Source of the DNA: Catajapyx aquilonaris
Lineage: Eukaryota
NCBI GenBank assembly: GCA_000934665.2
Contig: JYFJ02002921.1
Coordinates: 1 to 49,662 of the forward strand
DNA: 49,662 nucleotides
Reading direction: 5' to 3'
Made by a program: the position numbers and the translations under genes. Of the stretch, positions 25,301 through 37,034 are shown piece after piece. The notes beneath the pieces are model-generated. The model was not told the origin of the DNA. It saw only the letters and a program-made list of their open reading frames with translations, and ran no database searches. Numbering within the stretch: the stretch's first letter is position 1; each line of letters starts with the position of its first letter.

Positions 25301-27769
25301 CTATAGGGGACGATAGCAATCTGAGAAACCACACGCGACACGTGCGGGGGTCCAATAGTACGAGGAGGGGCTATAATACCCAGGTTATATAGTATGCCTA
25401 GAAGCTCACGTGTACTATGCGGAGTAAAGACCAATAAGGATGATGGTATACCTCTTGGAAGGGGCTACTGGTGTAGCGGACGTGTATGTGTGTGCAGTTG
25501 TAGGCGTCGGCGGTGCAGCCTTCCCGGCACGACGTCCAGGTGCAGTTGTTGAGACCGCAGGCCGTCTCGACCCTGGTGGTGAGACAGGCCACGGGACGGT
25601 CGACGAACTCGGCCAGGAGAGTGGACAGCGCTGGATCCACGAAGAACGGCACCACGAACAGGAACGCGGTGCCGGCTCCGATCAGGACTAGCGCCAGGAG
25701 GGCCGTCATGTAGAACCTTAGCCTCTGACGACACGACGGCTGTCACCAGGAGATAAAAATTCATTTAAAAAATATTCTATTATTTCGCCCACACTCGTGG
25801 CACCCCTTCCCCATGTCACTTCCAGTCACACTTACACCTACATTTTGTTGCCATGCGCATCCTTACTGCGCAAGAACCACCCCGCATGCTCACTATATAT
25901 GAGTTATTTATGTGCACAACAGAGTGCGCGTCACAGCGGGCAAGGTTGGCATTATCTATATCTATATTTTATAGAAAGTTTGTTTGTTTGTGGGTTTGTT
26001 GTTTCCTCTTCCAAGCGTGAGTCGACTACGCTAACCAAGGCGGGATGTCGACCTCACATGAATTCGTATCGCATAGTCAGCCCAAGAAAAGTCTGCATTC
26101 CAGAGATTTTGAAGTAGAGTGGCCAGACGCTGACAAAGGCTCTGGGAACATGCTGCTCGAGTGTGGGTGCGCACTCGGTTGCGTTTGTACAAAAATTCAT
26201 CTATAGACATTTCTTCCACGTGTCTGCCATATCAGTCGCTGTCGGATGTGGTAAGGGGTAAAAATCTCAACATTGAGATGTCAAGTGCGGAGCTGACGTA
26301 AAGCTTCACGCAACGGGAACAGACCATGACACGCACCCCATAATTCCAACTCTGATTTACTATCCAGATGAATTTCTGCCCAATGGATGTTCCGACTCCA
26401 TGAGAAAATGTTTGGCAATAATGTGCTCGAATAGTGGACCAGGTCTAGACCGGGTCAAGTTTACTTCGTCCCAAATGTTCCTTCTTTGTGGATGAGAATC
26501 CCTGTCACTTTACGACCTAGTTAATTTCCACAGGTTGGAAAATAAGTGGGGATGACATGTTTTCCTCTCTGTATGTCACTGATTGGCGGTAGCGGTGCTT
26601 GTGACGCCTCCTGATTGGCCGTCGACATCATTTCGGACAGACACGGCCACAAACACACCGAAACGGAAATCGATGCCCCGGTTGACGATGCCTATATACT
26701 GTGCTCTGTGTGCATAAGGCCCCCTCCACTCGGGCATGATATTTATGCGATAAGAGTAGCCAATATTAGGAGTGCACTGTACAGTACAATAGATGAGGTT
26801 GACCATTTTTAAATATTCAATATTGGAATGTGGGTTGCGCAACAAAAGAAACAAGTCATGCTACTAGCACCCCGCAATTAATAGGCTATGAAGAAACACT
26901 TACGCGGACTGCTATAATATTGAAGGCCCTTTTACTTTACAGCTGTCATTGGGTGTCACGTGGTTCGACTTACCCAGAAAACCGCAAGCATTACTACTGA
27001 GTCTCCCATGCTCTTGTAATGCTTTACAAAAGCATTACAAGATCATTAAAATATGTGCTGCTCCATCGGAGACTCAGTAGTGATGTTCTTTTAATACTTC
27101 ACGGTTTACAGTGGCTGCTCCTCATTGGTTGCGACCAGGAAGAATGCCAAATGTTGTTCCCAAGTAAGAGGGCCTTCAACTATACACGGCAACTCAACCC
27201 AATAATGAAATTGACGGTAAATATATCTCATCCAATGAAACAACGCCAACAACAGGCGATTCATATCCAGCATGTTTCTCTGATTGTTTACTTTAGATCA
27301 CGACCCTGTTACTTGAAAGGTCACGTGATTTCGTACAAATGTACACTGGTGTACTATAGAGGTACTGCATATGAATGTATGTATTAGGTATTGACGTGAC
27401 AATGTCAACAATACTAGCAATGAACGAGGGTGTTATTCCAAGAACTGCTGGTGTTTCACGTAAGAGGGTCGTCAACTACATTGCATAAGATGCCAACAGA
27501 GCTTCATTTTTTTTTTTTACCTTTGGTGGTGGTGCTTTGGGTTGTCCCTTGAGCTGGAGGAGACGTTTCTTCTGTGCGGCCAGAGCGTCTGCACTGTTGG
27601 AGTGACTGGTGCTGGCGCTGTCCATGACCTTGCTGCTGGCACCGCTGACCGGCGTGAACCCTGACACGCCCTGTTGGTTGGCCAAGGAAGAAGAAGTGGT
27701 AGGGTGACCATTGTGGTGCGAAGGGGTAGCAGTCTTCCTGATCAGGAGGGCGTTGGAACACTTCAGCAT
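16282..27769 (-). CDS. Teh1: TipE-family (Teh1-like) voltage-gated Na+ channel auxiliary subunit; coding exons 27769-27521, 25739-25452, 24827-24588, 23845-23709, 16345-16282 (about 325 aa)
   Basis: The spliced product has TM1 (RFYMTALLALVLIGAGTAFLFVVPFFVDPALSTL), the TipE-family loop motifs NCTWTSCREGCT and ALLVNVKGCGFPP..C..F......G..FPCYYSK.N.TLVL, TM2 (IAVLSYSLVVPLGAIFVSLTLLVLMH) and a basic tail. Junction phases 0,0,0,2 all fit GT-AG. VDPA-STL and the short loop resemble Teh1 more than TipE as I recall them. The start codon is uncertain (27769 or the downstream ATG at 27625) and the last exon is inferred from phase only. Confidence 0.85.
16622..16680. repeat. Near-perfect inverted repeat (hairpin)
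   Basis: cccaagggggtaaccactcgactgacaag-t-cttgtcattcgagtggttacccacttggg. Confidence 0.8.
17334..17480. repeat. Diverged tandem duplication of a unit of about 60 bp containing an internal palindrome
   Basis: tgatcgct...actgttattt..aaataacagtcatca.ttt.atgtga..tgcatttac at 17334-17394 and 17420-17480. Confidence 0.75.
20611..20720. repeat. Degenerate inverted repeat (MITE remnant)
   Basis: tgaattttcgtccca / tgggacgaaaattca with weaker outer pairing. Confidence 0.55.
22029..22224. mobile_element. Tc1/mariner-type MITE
   Basis: TA|CAGGGTGTC...GACACCCTG|TA termini plus internal inverted repeats (cagttgtgccaact / agttggcacaactg). Confidence 0.8.
23709..23845 (-). CDS. Teh1-like exon: TM2
   Basis: attattgcag|ATC GCA GTG...GAC CAG AG|gtaaga; IAVLSYSLVVPLGAIFVSLTLLVLMHSSLLDYCQTFQSRSKVHDQ. 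Not in the ORF track. Confidence 0.88.
24588..24827 (-). CDS. Teh1-like exon: extracellular loop (VNVKGCGFPP, FPCYYSK)
   Basis: tttgtggcag|CTC TTC...CAG CAG|gtcagt; 80 codons. Confidence 0.92.
25452..25739 (-). CDS. Teh1-like exon: TM1 and SCREGC motif
   Basis: gtgacag|CCG TCG TGT...CAA GAG|gtatac; 96 codons. Confidence 0.92.
27521..27769 (-). CDS. Teh1-like first coding exon (start uncertain)
   Basis: MLKCS...MDSASTSHSNSADALAAQKKRLLQLKGQPKAPPPK|gtaaaa; phase 0 join to the next exon. Confidence 0.65.
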
Positions 27770-28401
27770 AGTTGCAATAACGCGAGGGGTCAGCGCACTG
27801 GGTCATGGTGAGGAGGTCGTCTCAAGGGTCATCGAGGCCATCCCATTCCGGCCGACTCCACAACACAGACTGTTGTGTGTGTCGGTCCGTGGGATTGGCT
27901 GGAACCGGATCAAAACTGAACCCCCCACCCCCTACCCCCCACCCCACAAACACCCACACCAAGCCTGCCAACCTGCCGATATTACCTTCCAGTTTTATAT
28001 ACCCTCTGGCTTTTATTCCGACTGGCCACCCCCGAAAACCCCTTAGCAGCCATCGATCGGGGATACCCCCAAAAGGAAAAAGGGGGTCGCTCGCCCCCGC
28101 GCTTTTGAAGGAGGAGACACAGTTACCAGGCTTTAGGAGGAGGAGCATCCCCAGGCCGTTGCCAGATGCAGGGACAATTAAAAAACCACGCTTGTCTAGG
28201 CCTAGCAATGCATGGTCACGATGATTCCGAACCGTAGAAAGAAGGTAGCAGACCTGAAGCTCAAATTAGCCTCTACCTCACGAGTCAAGAAAATGAGGGA
28301 GGATCGCCTCTCATGGAGGCTAATTTGAGCTTTAGGTCTTTATGGTTGCATTATGGAAGGATGAAAAGTAGCCTACCTAGGTGGAAGAGTAGGTTATTTC
28401 G

Positions 28402-28581
28402 GTACATACCTCTACATATAATGATCTGGAACTGAGCGAGGTATCAGACATGAAGCTCAAATTAGCCTCTATGCCTTACGAGTCGAGAAGGGAGGGACTC
28501 TTGGAGACTAATTTGAGCATTTTAGGTCTGCTACCTTACTCACAAAGTCAGTTCCAGATCATTCTATGCAGAGGTGTGTAC
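28402..28581. mobile_element. Palindromic MITE-like element with an adjacent partial copy at about 28243-28339
   Basis: gtacatacctctacatataatgatctggaactg... pairs with ...cagttccagatcattctatgcagaggtgtgtac; the core gaagctcaaattagcctc / gaggctaatttgagc recurs at 28256-28330. Confidence 0.7.
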
Positions 28582-29382
28582 AGAGATAACCAGAAAAACG
28601 ACTTGAACTTTTTATCCTTGCATGATGCAACCCAATTTACACGATAACACTTTTTGTAGTGTAATTTTTAGCGACTGGTGTACATATTGGGTTTACACCC
28701 GAAGTGGAAAAAGAATGGCTGGACCTTTGTATCTCGACAGATTTTTACGCCTGTAAAAAATAATATAGTTGCGTGAATTACGGCACAATGTGACTAACAT
28801 GACACTTCCGTCTCTTTTGCGCACATACATACAGTATATACACTCTATGTTGCCAGGGTCTCTACATGGCCAATGATTTATAAGGAATTGCGACTCGAGC
28901 AGGCTTTACGAACGCGCAGGCACGTTCGGGCAGAATTTAATGCGGCATCATGGCAGTCGAAATTCTCTGCGGTGCATTTAGAGTGGTAATAATCTTATTA
29001 AATCGCAGTACCTTAAACAGGTCTGCGGTCGTATTGGTCTACGTACCGGAGAAATATTCTCGGAATTTTGGCGCACTAAAATGTACTGTAGGTATACAAC
29101 TTTAGCGCAGTGACATTTAATGGAATAAATAATGAACAGACCATAATAATATAGGGAATTGTTAATAGTACATACTGTATGTAAGTTATATGAATTAATT
29201 AACAATCTGCAATTATATTATGAACACTGTGGAAACACTCATTCTCTGCTTGTGTCTGGCTAATGTTGGATGCCAAATTGAATTTAAAATGAACTTGTCT
29301 ATAGAATATTGAAATTGTCGGCCTGTATCACTACACTTAAATTAATCTAAAACTTGTTAGGTCTCGACGAAATATTTTCCAA

Positions 29383-29602
29383 GGGCCGAATTCAGAGAGG
29401 TTGCTTAACGTAAACGCGCCCGATTAAATCCTTTAGTCAGCCTCGATTAGCACATTTAATCAACCTGCTAATACAAAGACGGCGATTAGCGCTAAACGCC
29501 CCCTAATCGCACTTGCTAGCACTTTAAATTTGCTAATCGAGGATGACTAAAGGATTTAATCGGGCGCGTTTACGTTATAAGCAACCTCTCTGAATTCGGC
29601 CC
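29383..29602. mobile_element. Long palindromic MITE, PIF/Harbinger-like termini
   Basis: GGGCCGAATTCAGAGAGGTTGCTT...AAGCAACCTCTCTGAATTCGGCCC; about 70-bp near-perfect arms; target-site duplication not clearly preserved. Confidence 0.8.
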
Positions 29603-32444
29603 TATATGTTTCTGTACATAACGGAAACAGTGCGTAACTTTTTTTCTCTCTGCCGGAACGAGACCTCATTGGCACCACAATAAGGGCAAGTAAAAAGGAG
29701 AGTGAAATATGCGATCGATTGTAGGCTCCCAGAAATGAGAAGTAATTAGCCTGCAACACGATATCCCAGCATCGCAGACCTTGCGTGAAAAGTAAGAGGA
29801 TTATTACACACTGTACAGTGTGTTAGTCTGATACAGGTTTGAACTTTTACAACCACACTCCCTGGAGCGCTTTTAACACTTACATAAGTTTCGACGTCCC
29901 CGTTTATATATGCATAGTAGGCTACACACTGTGTGACTGTGATGCATGACGGAAAACTTTCTAACTACAGATAGAGTACATTATTGTGGCACATTATCGT
30001 AATTACAGTTGACGACCGATACACATAACAGCATCAGTCTCGGCTGTAACATACTTTCGCCTTTCGGTTATGACAAACCTCGTATAAGGCCGGTCCTGGC
30101 ATACTTCCATAAGGCCCTGTGTATTTTTACTCCTGATATAACATACTCATTTTCCACCCCACCTCGGCTATAACAGACCATTTTTTGGTCCCTCTCCTCG
30201 GTAGGAAATTATGCTGCTATGATTATTCAAATTCCTATCCCACGCGCAGGAAGGCAGCAGAGAATACAACTGGAGTGGGTGTGATTTTCGCATCTGTCAC
30301 TGATCTAAGTTACTCAAAATCATACTTTTTTCTGGTATGCCTATATTTCGGCAACAAGGAGACGGCTGATGAAAATGACGTGTTTTTTGCCCATGCCTAA
30401 TTTTGCACTTTTGTAGATAGTTTCATTAATAAATGCAGTAATGGGCATTATAAACATATGGAAAGCAAAAGAGGCGAGTTGCCTATACTCGTTTATAACA
30501 AACTTTTTCCGCGGTCCCTTGAAGTCTGTTAGGCTACATCCGGAGTCAACTGTACGATAAGGATTATTTGCTCCAGCAACCAGTTTATACAGAGAAAAAA
30601 AAACCGTTACAGCCATGTCTATAAAGTGTACACATAATTTCTGTTGCTTATATGGATGACGATTTTTATGGAACAATTTATATCAATTTGTGGTGAAATA
30701 TTTGAGTAATTGAATCTCTTGGCCTTCACACACTGTGTTGTTAATCATGGTAATATTATAATGGGTGAATGTTTACCTGAGGAGAATGTCGGCCTCCATG
30801 CGAACGGCTTGGCAGAAATGGATGAGACTGAGCCGCAAAGAGTTAGATGGATGGATTATTTTCCATTCCACCCCCCCCCCCCAAGTCCAATGTCCATCCC
30901 CTCCCTCCCTTGTTCCCAGATTCATGAAATTAGATTGGAAGATGGGCTCTGTGAGGGGGTGGACTATAGGGCTAGTCCATCACGCAGGTTTTGGCCTCAT
31001 CAATACAACCTTGGGGGTCGAGTTTAATTTCCTGAAGATAAGGATCTTTATTTTTTTTTGTCTGTGGGGTGCATGTGGTGGCCCATCCCCTCCCCTAATA
31101 TACCCGCCCCACAATTTTGAAGAGTCCTTATCTACTCTTGCATATATTTCCTTTCATTTCCGATTCGGCATTTTGTCCTCAAGGACCCCATTTGCGGTGG
31201 ACATGTTGCGCAATTCGGGGAGAAAATCTGCTTAAAATGATCATCTTGGTGAAACGCTATTATGTAAAGGCTTTTCTGGAATCATAACAGGCACTCTAAA
31301 GGCAGCTCAGCCAAGAGTATATGCAAATGCTCGTGGCCTTTGTTGCAGCAAATGCCTGACATTATCTCGGAGTCAGAAAATATGGTTGGCAACCGAGCGA
31401 GCAATGTGCGGGCTCGGTTGGGGGTGAGGAATTTCCCATGGTGTCACATCCATTAGACCTTTGGACAGGGAGCAGTACACTGCACCTGAAATCAGCAGAA
31501 AGAGTTGTCATGCACACCCTCTGACCTATCATCACACCAGTATCATTATCATCAAGACCTGCGGTAATGTTGAATGCGGTAAACATTTAATTGCACTATC
31601 ACATAGAAGGCGCAACCACATTCTTTGAACACTATACCGCCACTCTCAGGATCGTGCGAGAGAAAGTGGTAACCTATACTACATGCACATATAGGTGATG
31701 ACTCACCCAGTCCAAACTGAGTCACAGACTAAAGCCAATTCTATAAAAGTAATTACTGTATTTGAGTAAATGAGCTGACTTATTCTCTCAATAAAGTTGC
31801 ACATGTCACGTATTTTGCACCAGTTGCAATTACGGTACTATTCCAAGTAATGTTACTCTTTAAAACACAATTTTCCGGATAACCCCCGACGGAATTTAAT
31901 TTTCAAGCCTCTCCGAACATCGGCCGAATTTTTCAGGCCCCTATTTCCCAGGAAGTGTGTGATGTGATTTTTAACAAGTTTTCCAGGAAACAGAACTGTT
32001 TCCTGGAAAACAGTTGTAGTAACTTTACTTTTTGGATGACACCTCATTGGTGAGTGTCTACCAGTTAAATTATTAATGAGCAATGGGCTGGCCGCGTTAC
32101 TTTTTTTTTCACACAGCGGGGTTGCAGTACGACCACTTTTCCTGGTAGAAGCGTTACATTTTTACGTATTTCCCAGTCCCATGATGTTTCCGTTGGAATT
32201 TTCTAGGTAAAGCCATAACATATGGCTTAGGCTACTGTGCGAGTTGTGTAATTACTGTATATTTTCGTTATTATAGCCATATTGTTTAATTGTGGTTATA
32301 TTTTAATGCAATCGATGCGAGATCAATGTTTTTAGGACGACAGTGATTCATAAACACCCGCATTTAACTGCCCTAATGTACTCTGAACATATTTAATTAC
32401 GGTACAGTCCTTGTTAACTAATTGATTCTATACTTCCTCCTATC

Positions 32445-32510
<66 letters not shown>

Positions 32511-32527
32511 TGATGATGATGATGATG
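32445..32527. repeat. Compound microsatellite (TAA)21(TGA)6
   Basis: Read directly; forms the tail of the SINE. Confidence 0.95.
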
Positions 32528-32877
32528 GGGTAATGTGCTTTCGCACGGACCTTTATTTGTTGAGGTAGGCCCTACAATTGGTGCCTATTCATTTGAAACG
32601 CCCGGGCCCACGGGCAGGAGGTGCAGTGCACGGGCAAGAGGCACGGGCAAGGGGCACGGGCAAGAGGTGCAGTGCATCTGACGCTGTGGCCATTTTTTGT
32701 GAACTCCCCCGCCCCGGGTGGTTTAGTCTGTTGGAAATACCACCCGAGACGAACCCAGAGATGACCCCGAACTCTGGACGAGATGAAGGGGGTGTCCCCG
32801 GGCTGGGATCGAACCCGGGACCTATTAACATCCGTGGGCGCATACGTTACCGCAGCACCACTCCGCCTCCCGAGCCG
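32445..32877 (-). mobile_element. tRNA-derived SINE with microsatellite tail
   Basis: Minus strand reads an A-box-like TGGTGCTGCGG (32860-32850) and a B box GGTTCGATCC (32815-32806), then a body and a (CAT)n(TAT)n tail. Confidence 0.72.
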
Positions 32878-32887
32878 TTCTATATAA

Positions 32888-33095
32888 AGCCGCGTTTACA
32901 TGGGAGCGATGTATACTATATCGCTCAAAAACATGGGGCCGATTTTGCATTTGACTCAATAAGTGCAGCCTGCACTTGAATCAAATGCAAAATCGTCCCC
33001 ATGTTTTTGAGCGATATATAGTACATCGCTGATCGCCCCAAACACTATATATCTCTGCAACATCGCTTATCAAATCGCTCGCATGTAAACGCTTC
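32888..33095. mobile_element. Nested-palindrome MITE (Harbinger-like)
   Basis: Outer inverted repeat gcgtttacatgggagcgat / atcgctcgcatgtaaacgc and an inner long palindrome at about 32905-33030. Confidence 0.7.
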
Positions 33096-33189
33096 TGTCC
33101 GTCTGTCCGTCCGTGGACAGGTATCATGCCCTACATCGTAAGACACAGCGACAAACAGTTTTCGGATTCGGATTCAGCTGATCCTAAGG

Positions 33190-33560
33190 CCAACTTCCGC
33201 TGACCGGCCACTTCCGGTTTTCCGCTAAGGTCAAAATTTACATCCAAGTTAATTAATTACACTACAATACTGGTTGTTTAACCGGTGGCTAAAACCAGCT
33301 ATTTGACGAGGTTAAATTACTTGAAACATTAACTTTAATTCTGTAAAATTTGGCGTCTGGCAACCCCTGCACCTTTCAAGATGGCCGCCGTTTACGTGTG
33401 CATTTCTTCATTTCCAGACATATAAATTGAGCTGCAGGCCGTCGCTTCAGAAAAAGAACAGCAGCTCTGGTTTTGAAATCAGGTCCGTCTGAAGGAATAG
33501 TCTGATCACAACGAGTGCGTACAATTCCGCCAAACCAACCAAAAGATGGCCACCAATTTA
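33190..33560 (+). promoter_or_regulatory. Housekeeping-type promoter region of SEC63 copy A
   Basis: ETS-like ACTTCCG/CACTTCCGG motifs near 33192 and 33209, YY1-like CAAGATGGCCGCC (33377-33389) and AAGATGGC (about 33543), upstream of a likely 5'UTR acceptor ttttccag at 33603 and the ATG at 33623. Confidence 0.5.
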
Positions 33561-33622
33561 AAAACCAGATGTCAAATAATTTAATGTCCTTTTTGTTTTC
33601 CAGATTTGATTTTTTTTGGAAG

Positions 33623-36600
33623 ATGGGAGGACAGAAGTTCCAGTATGACGAGAGTGGAAACACTTTCTTTTACTTTGTGCTCTCCTTCCTGCTCCTCATA
33701 TTGGCTCCAAGCACGTACTATCTGTGGCCGCGAAGAGAAAAAGAAGGTAACGCACTGCGTACATGAAAAAAGGTTTAAACTAGTGGTAATGTTGCACTTT
33801 TTTTGGGGCAGATCCGGAGAGGAAAAAGGACGAGTGTAGGTGTCAAGGATGCGTACAGAAGGACGGAATACTTCTACGGGTCGAGCCGAAGAAGAGGATA
33901 AAGCGGATTACTACGTACGGATATGGCTCTGTAATTACATAGCGATTGGTGCTTACATATGCGATTTCAGGTATGGCCTGCTCATATTCGGCTGGCTGGT
34001 TTTCTTCGCAATTGCGTACAAAGTGGCGCAGTTTGACTACGAGTACGCAAACTTCGACCCATACGAAATACTCAATGTGGATCCGGTAAGTCCGTTTCAA
34101 TCGCTGCTAATTCCGATTATAATCCGCATGTACTACGCAGAGTTCATCGCAAGCCGAGATTAAGAAGGCGTACAGGAAGCTGTCGCTCATTTACCATCCG
34201 GATAAGGAGACTGGCGATGAAAAGACTTTCATGAAGCTGACCAAAGGTTAGTCCCATTTTAAATCTGAGTTGATCGGCCTTACTAACCAATGGCGATTGC
34301 AGCTTATCAGGCGTTAACTGATGAGGAAGCGAGGAAGAACTGGGAGAGGTACGGAAACCCAGACGGACCCGGAGCCATGAGCTTCGGAATTGCACTTCCA
34401 TCCTGGATTGTGGAGAAGGAGAACTCAGTCTGGGTCAGTTACAGATAGCCCGTGAAGTAGAGGAAGATAATTTAATATCTTATCTTTTTTATTAACCGCT
34501 TTTGGCCGGAGCGTTGACCCAGTCGCTATTGGTGTGCGAAAAATATCAAGACAATTTCGCTCATATTAGTGAAAAGTAATTCAGCAGAAACTAGTCTGTC
34601 ACAGAATATTTGTCATGTCGTAGAGAAAAACTTTCCAAAAATTTCTGCTGTCAGTAATTCTGTTCAGTACAAATATAATTTCATAGGAGTGACTGCCAGT
34701 TGCCAATTTTGCATTAGCAAGTCCGAGGAAATAATTGGGCTCAATTTTTTTTTTTCTTGAACAAGTATGGTGTCTTACAAATGCAAGCGCAATGTTTTGT
34801 TTTCACCTGTCACTGGGCAAAATAATGCCCCGTCCGATATGAGTTAACAGATTGCTGGGGAGTCGTATCTCTGTTAGAGACATGAAAGTATGACCTGCTC
34901 GTACCGATAATGCAGCGAAGCAAGCATTGGCATGTTGCCCATGAACATGCAAGGTAATCGATGTTATGTTGTCTGTTACGTACCATAGACAGTTCACGTA
35001 TTTCTTCGGCTTGTAACATGTCAGGTACATAACATTTTTTTCCATGGTATCAATAATTCGATAAGTAATTTTTATTCGACTTCAGGTACTAGGCCTGTAC
35101 GCCCTTGTGTTCATGGTGGGCCTGCCGACGGTGGTAGGAATGTGGTGGTACAAGTCAATCCGCTACTCAGGGGAGCAGGTTCTCCTTGGGACAACCCAGA
35201 TGTACTATTACTACTTCCACAAGACGACGCTGATCAACATGAAACGGGTGATCATGATCCTGGCTGCTTCCTTAGAGTTTGATCGCAGGCACAACAAGGA
35301 GGTCGGAGAGAGGGCCAGTGACAACGAGGAGGTTCCCGCACTCATCAAGCAGCTTCCAAACCTGAGTGAGAAGAACAAGGAGTATCCACTCTGCTGCGGA
35401 TATTCGGTCAAGGCGAGGGCCCTTCTTCATGCGCATCTGTTCAGGATCCAGCTCTCGGACACGCTGGAGCAGGACAGGCAGTTTGTGGTCAGGAAGGGGC
35501 CGTACCTGCTGCAGGAAATTGTCAACTGCGTCTCACAGCTTGTGTTGCTGGCACATGCTGGGAGAGGTATGATCACTGCGGTTGAAATTATGCTGCATTT
35601 CTAATGTACTTGCCTTTGCAGTGAATCGTCTTCCCGACCTGCGCACGATTGAGAATTGCATGCGGCTGAGTCCAATGATTGTGCAGGGTCTTTGGGACAA
35701 GAGCCCATTGCTGCAGCTTCCATATGTGACTGAGGACATGCTGAAGTATTTTGTGACGAAAAAGAGGCAGATCAGGAGCATCCAGCAGTTTGTGCAGCTG
35801 AAGGACGAGGAGAGGAGAAGCCTGCTCAAGAGTCTAGACCCGCAACAGTATGACAACGCTATGAAAATGTGTGCCAAGCTTCCGTACATCAAATTTGAAG
35901 CCACGCCTGAAGGTAAGTGCTGGTGGTCGTGTGATGTGGGCAGTACCTTATTTTGCGTCACGTTTCAGTGGTGGATGATGAAGCACCGGAGGAGTTCACT
36001 GCCGGAGCTATTGTGACGGTGACAGTGACACTTTCCCGTGACAGCCTGGCTGGAATGGTTGGGGAGAGCCATGCTGATCATCACATGGAGTACGATGGGG
36101 GTAACGAGGAAGACAGTGATGAGGATGTGGGTGGTGGCGACGGAAGGAAGAAAGAAGAGAAGGAGTCGGTGAAGAAGCCTGTTTGGCAAAGCAAGGCGAA
36201 GAAGGGAGGCAAAAAGAAGAAAGGCGGCGGAAACAAGAAGGTGGTGAAGCAGCAGAAGGTGGTTGCGCCAGTCGAGGAGGAGGCGCCGAAAGAGGAAAAG
36301 GAAGGGCCGAGGAGGCGGAAGAAGGTGGTTGAAGAGGAAGAGAGCGGCAGGAGTGAGAGCGAGGCGGATAAAGAAGAAAGCGGGGATGAAGACGTGGCCG
36401 GAAAGGAGATTCACAGCATGCTGAAGGCCGAAGAGGAGAGTGAAGGAGAGGACGAGGAGGACTGGGACAAGTTCCAGAACAAGATGTCCAAGAAGGAGAA
36501 GGCTCTGGAAGGAAAGAGCAAAGTCTCGCACCCTGTTCACTGCCCCTTTTTCCCCGAGGTAAGCTTCCAAATTACTTGTCTGCCTTTTACGACTACATAT

Positions 36601-37034
36601 TGTTATGTTTTTATCTCAGGACAAGCAAGAGTATTGGTGGGTGTATGTGTCGGACCGCAAAAATCAGATGCTGATAACGGCTCCGTATATCGTGACTGAC
36701 CTTGTGAGCCAGGAGGAAGTGCAGCTCAAGTTTACGGCTCCTCCTAAGCCAGGAGTGTACACATTCAGTGTGTGTCTCAGGTCGGATTCGTACTTGGGAT
36801 TCGATCAAGTGAAGGATCTGAAAGTGAGTATCAATTTGAGAAAGTTGTGCCTTCTATCAGAATCGTACTAGTGGTGAGCGCTTGTTGCAGCTTGATGTAA
36901 AGGAGGCCAAAAAGGTGGAGCATCACCCGCAGTGGGAATTCTCAGAGGACGAGGAAGACAAGGATGACGATGCTGGAGACGAATCTGAATTTGCGACAGA
37001 CGATGACGACGACTCGGATCAAGCCAACGATTGA
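33623..37034 (+). CDS. SEC63: Translocation protein SEC63 (copy A), 762 aa; exons 33623-33746, 33812-33914, 33971-34085, 34141-34246, 34303-34433, 35086-35566, 35622-35912, 35969-36558, 36620-36823, 36891-37034
   Basis: MGGQKFQYDESGNTFFYF N-terminus, three TM segments, luminal J-domain with HPD (34195-34203) and YGNPDGP, Sec63/Brl domain (SHPVHCPFFPEDKQEYWW, LRSDSYLGFD) and acidic C-terminus. All 9 introns are GT-AG and the 2289-nt CDS is in frame. Confidence 0.96.

Noticed and set aside
32800..32877. Functional tRNA gene
   Set aside because: A/B boxes are present but there is no convincing cloverleaf or T-run terminator, and the sequence continues into a SINE body and microsatellite tail.
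32578..32979. 133-aa ORF and opposite 84-aa ORF
   Set aside because: They span the SINE and MITE sequences and are chance GC-rich frames.
9543..33000. CFAP298/CG18675-like host-gene exons or additional tipE/Teh2-4 genes around the Teh gene
   Set aside because: I found no recognisable motifs by eye. Small exons could have been missed, so a tBLASTn search would be needed to exclude them.
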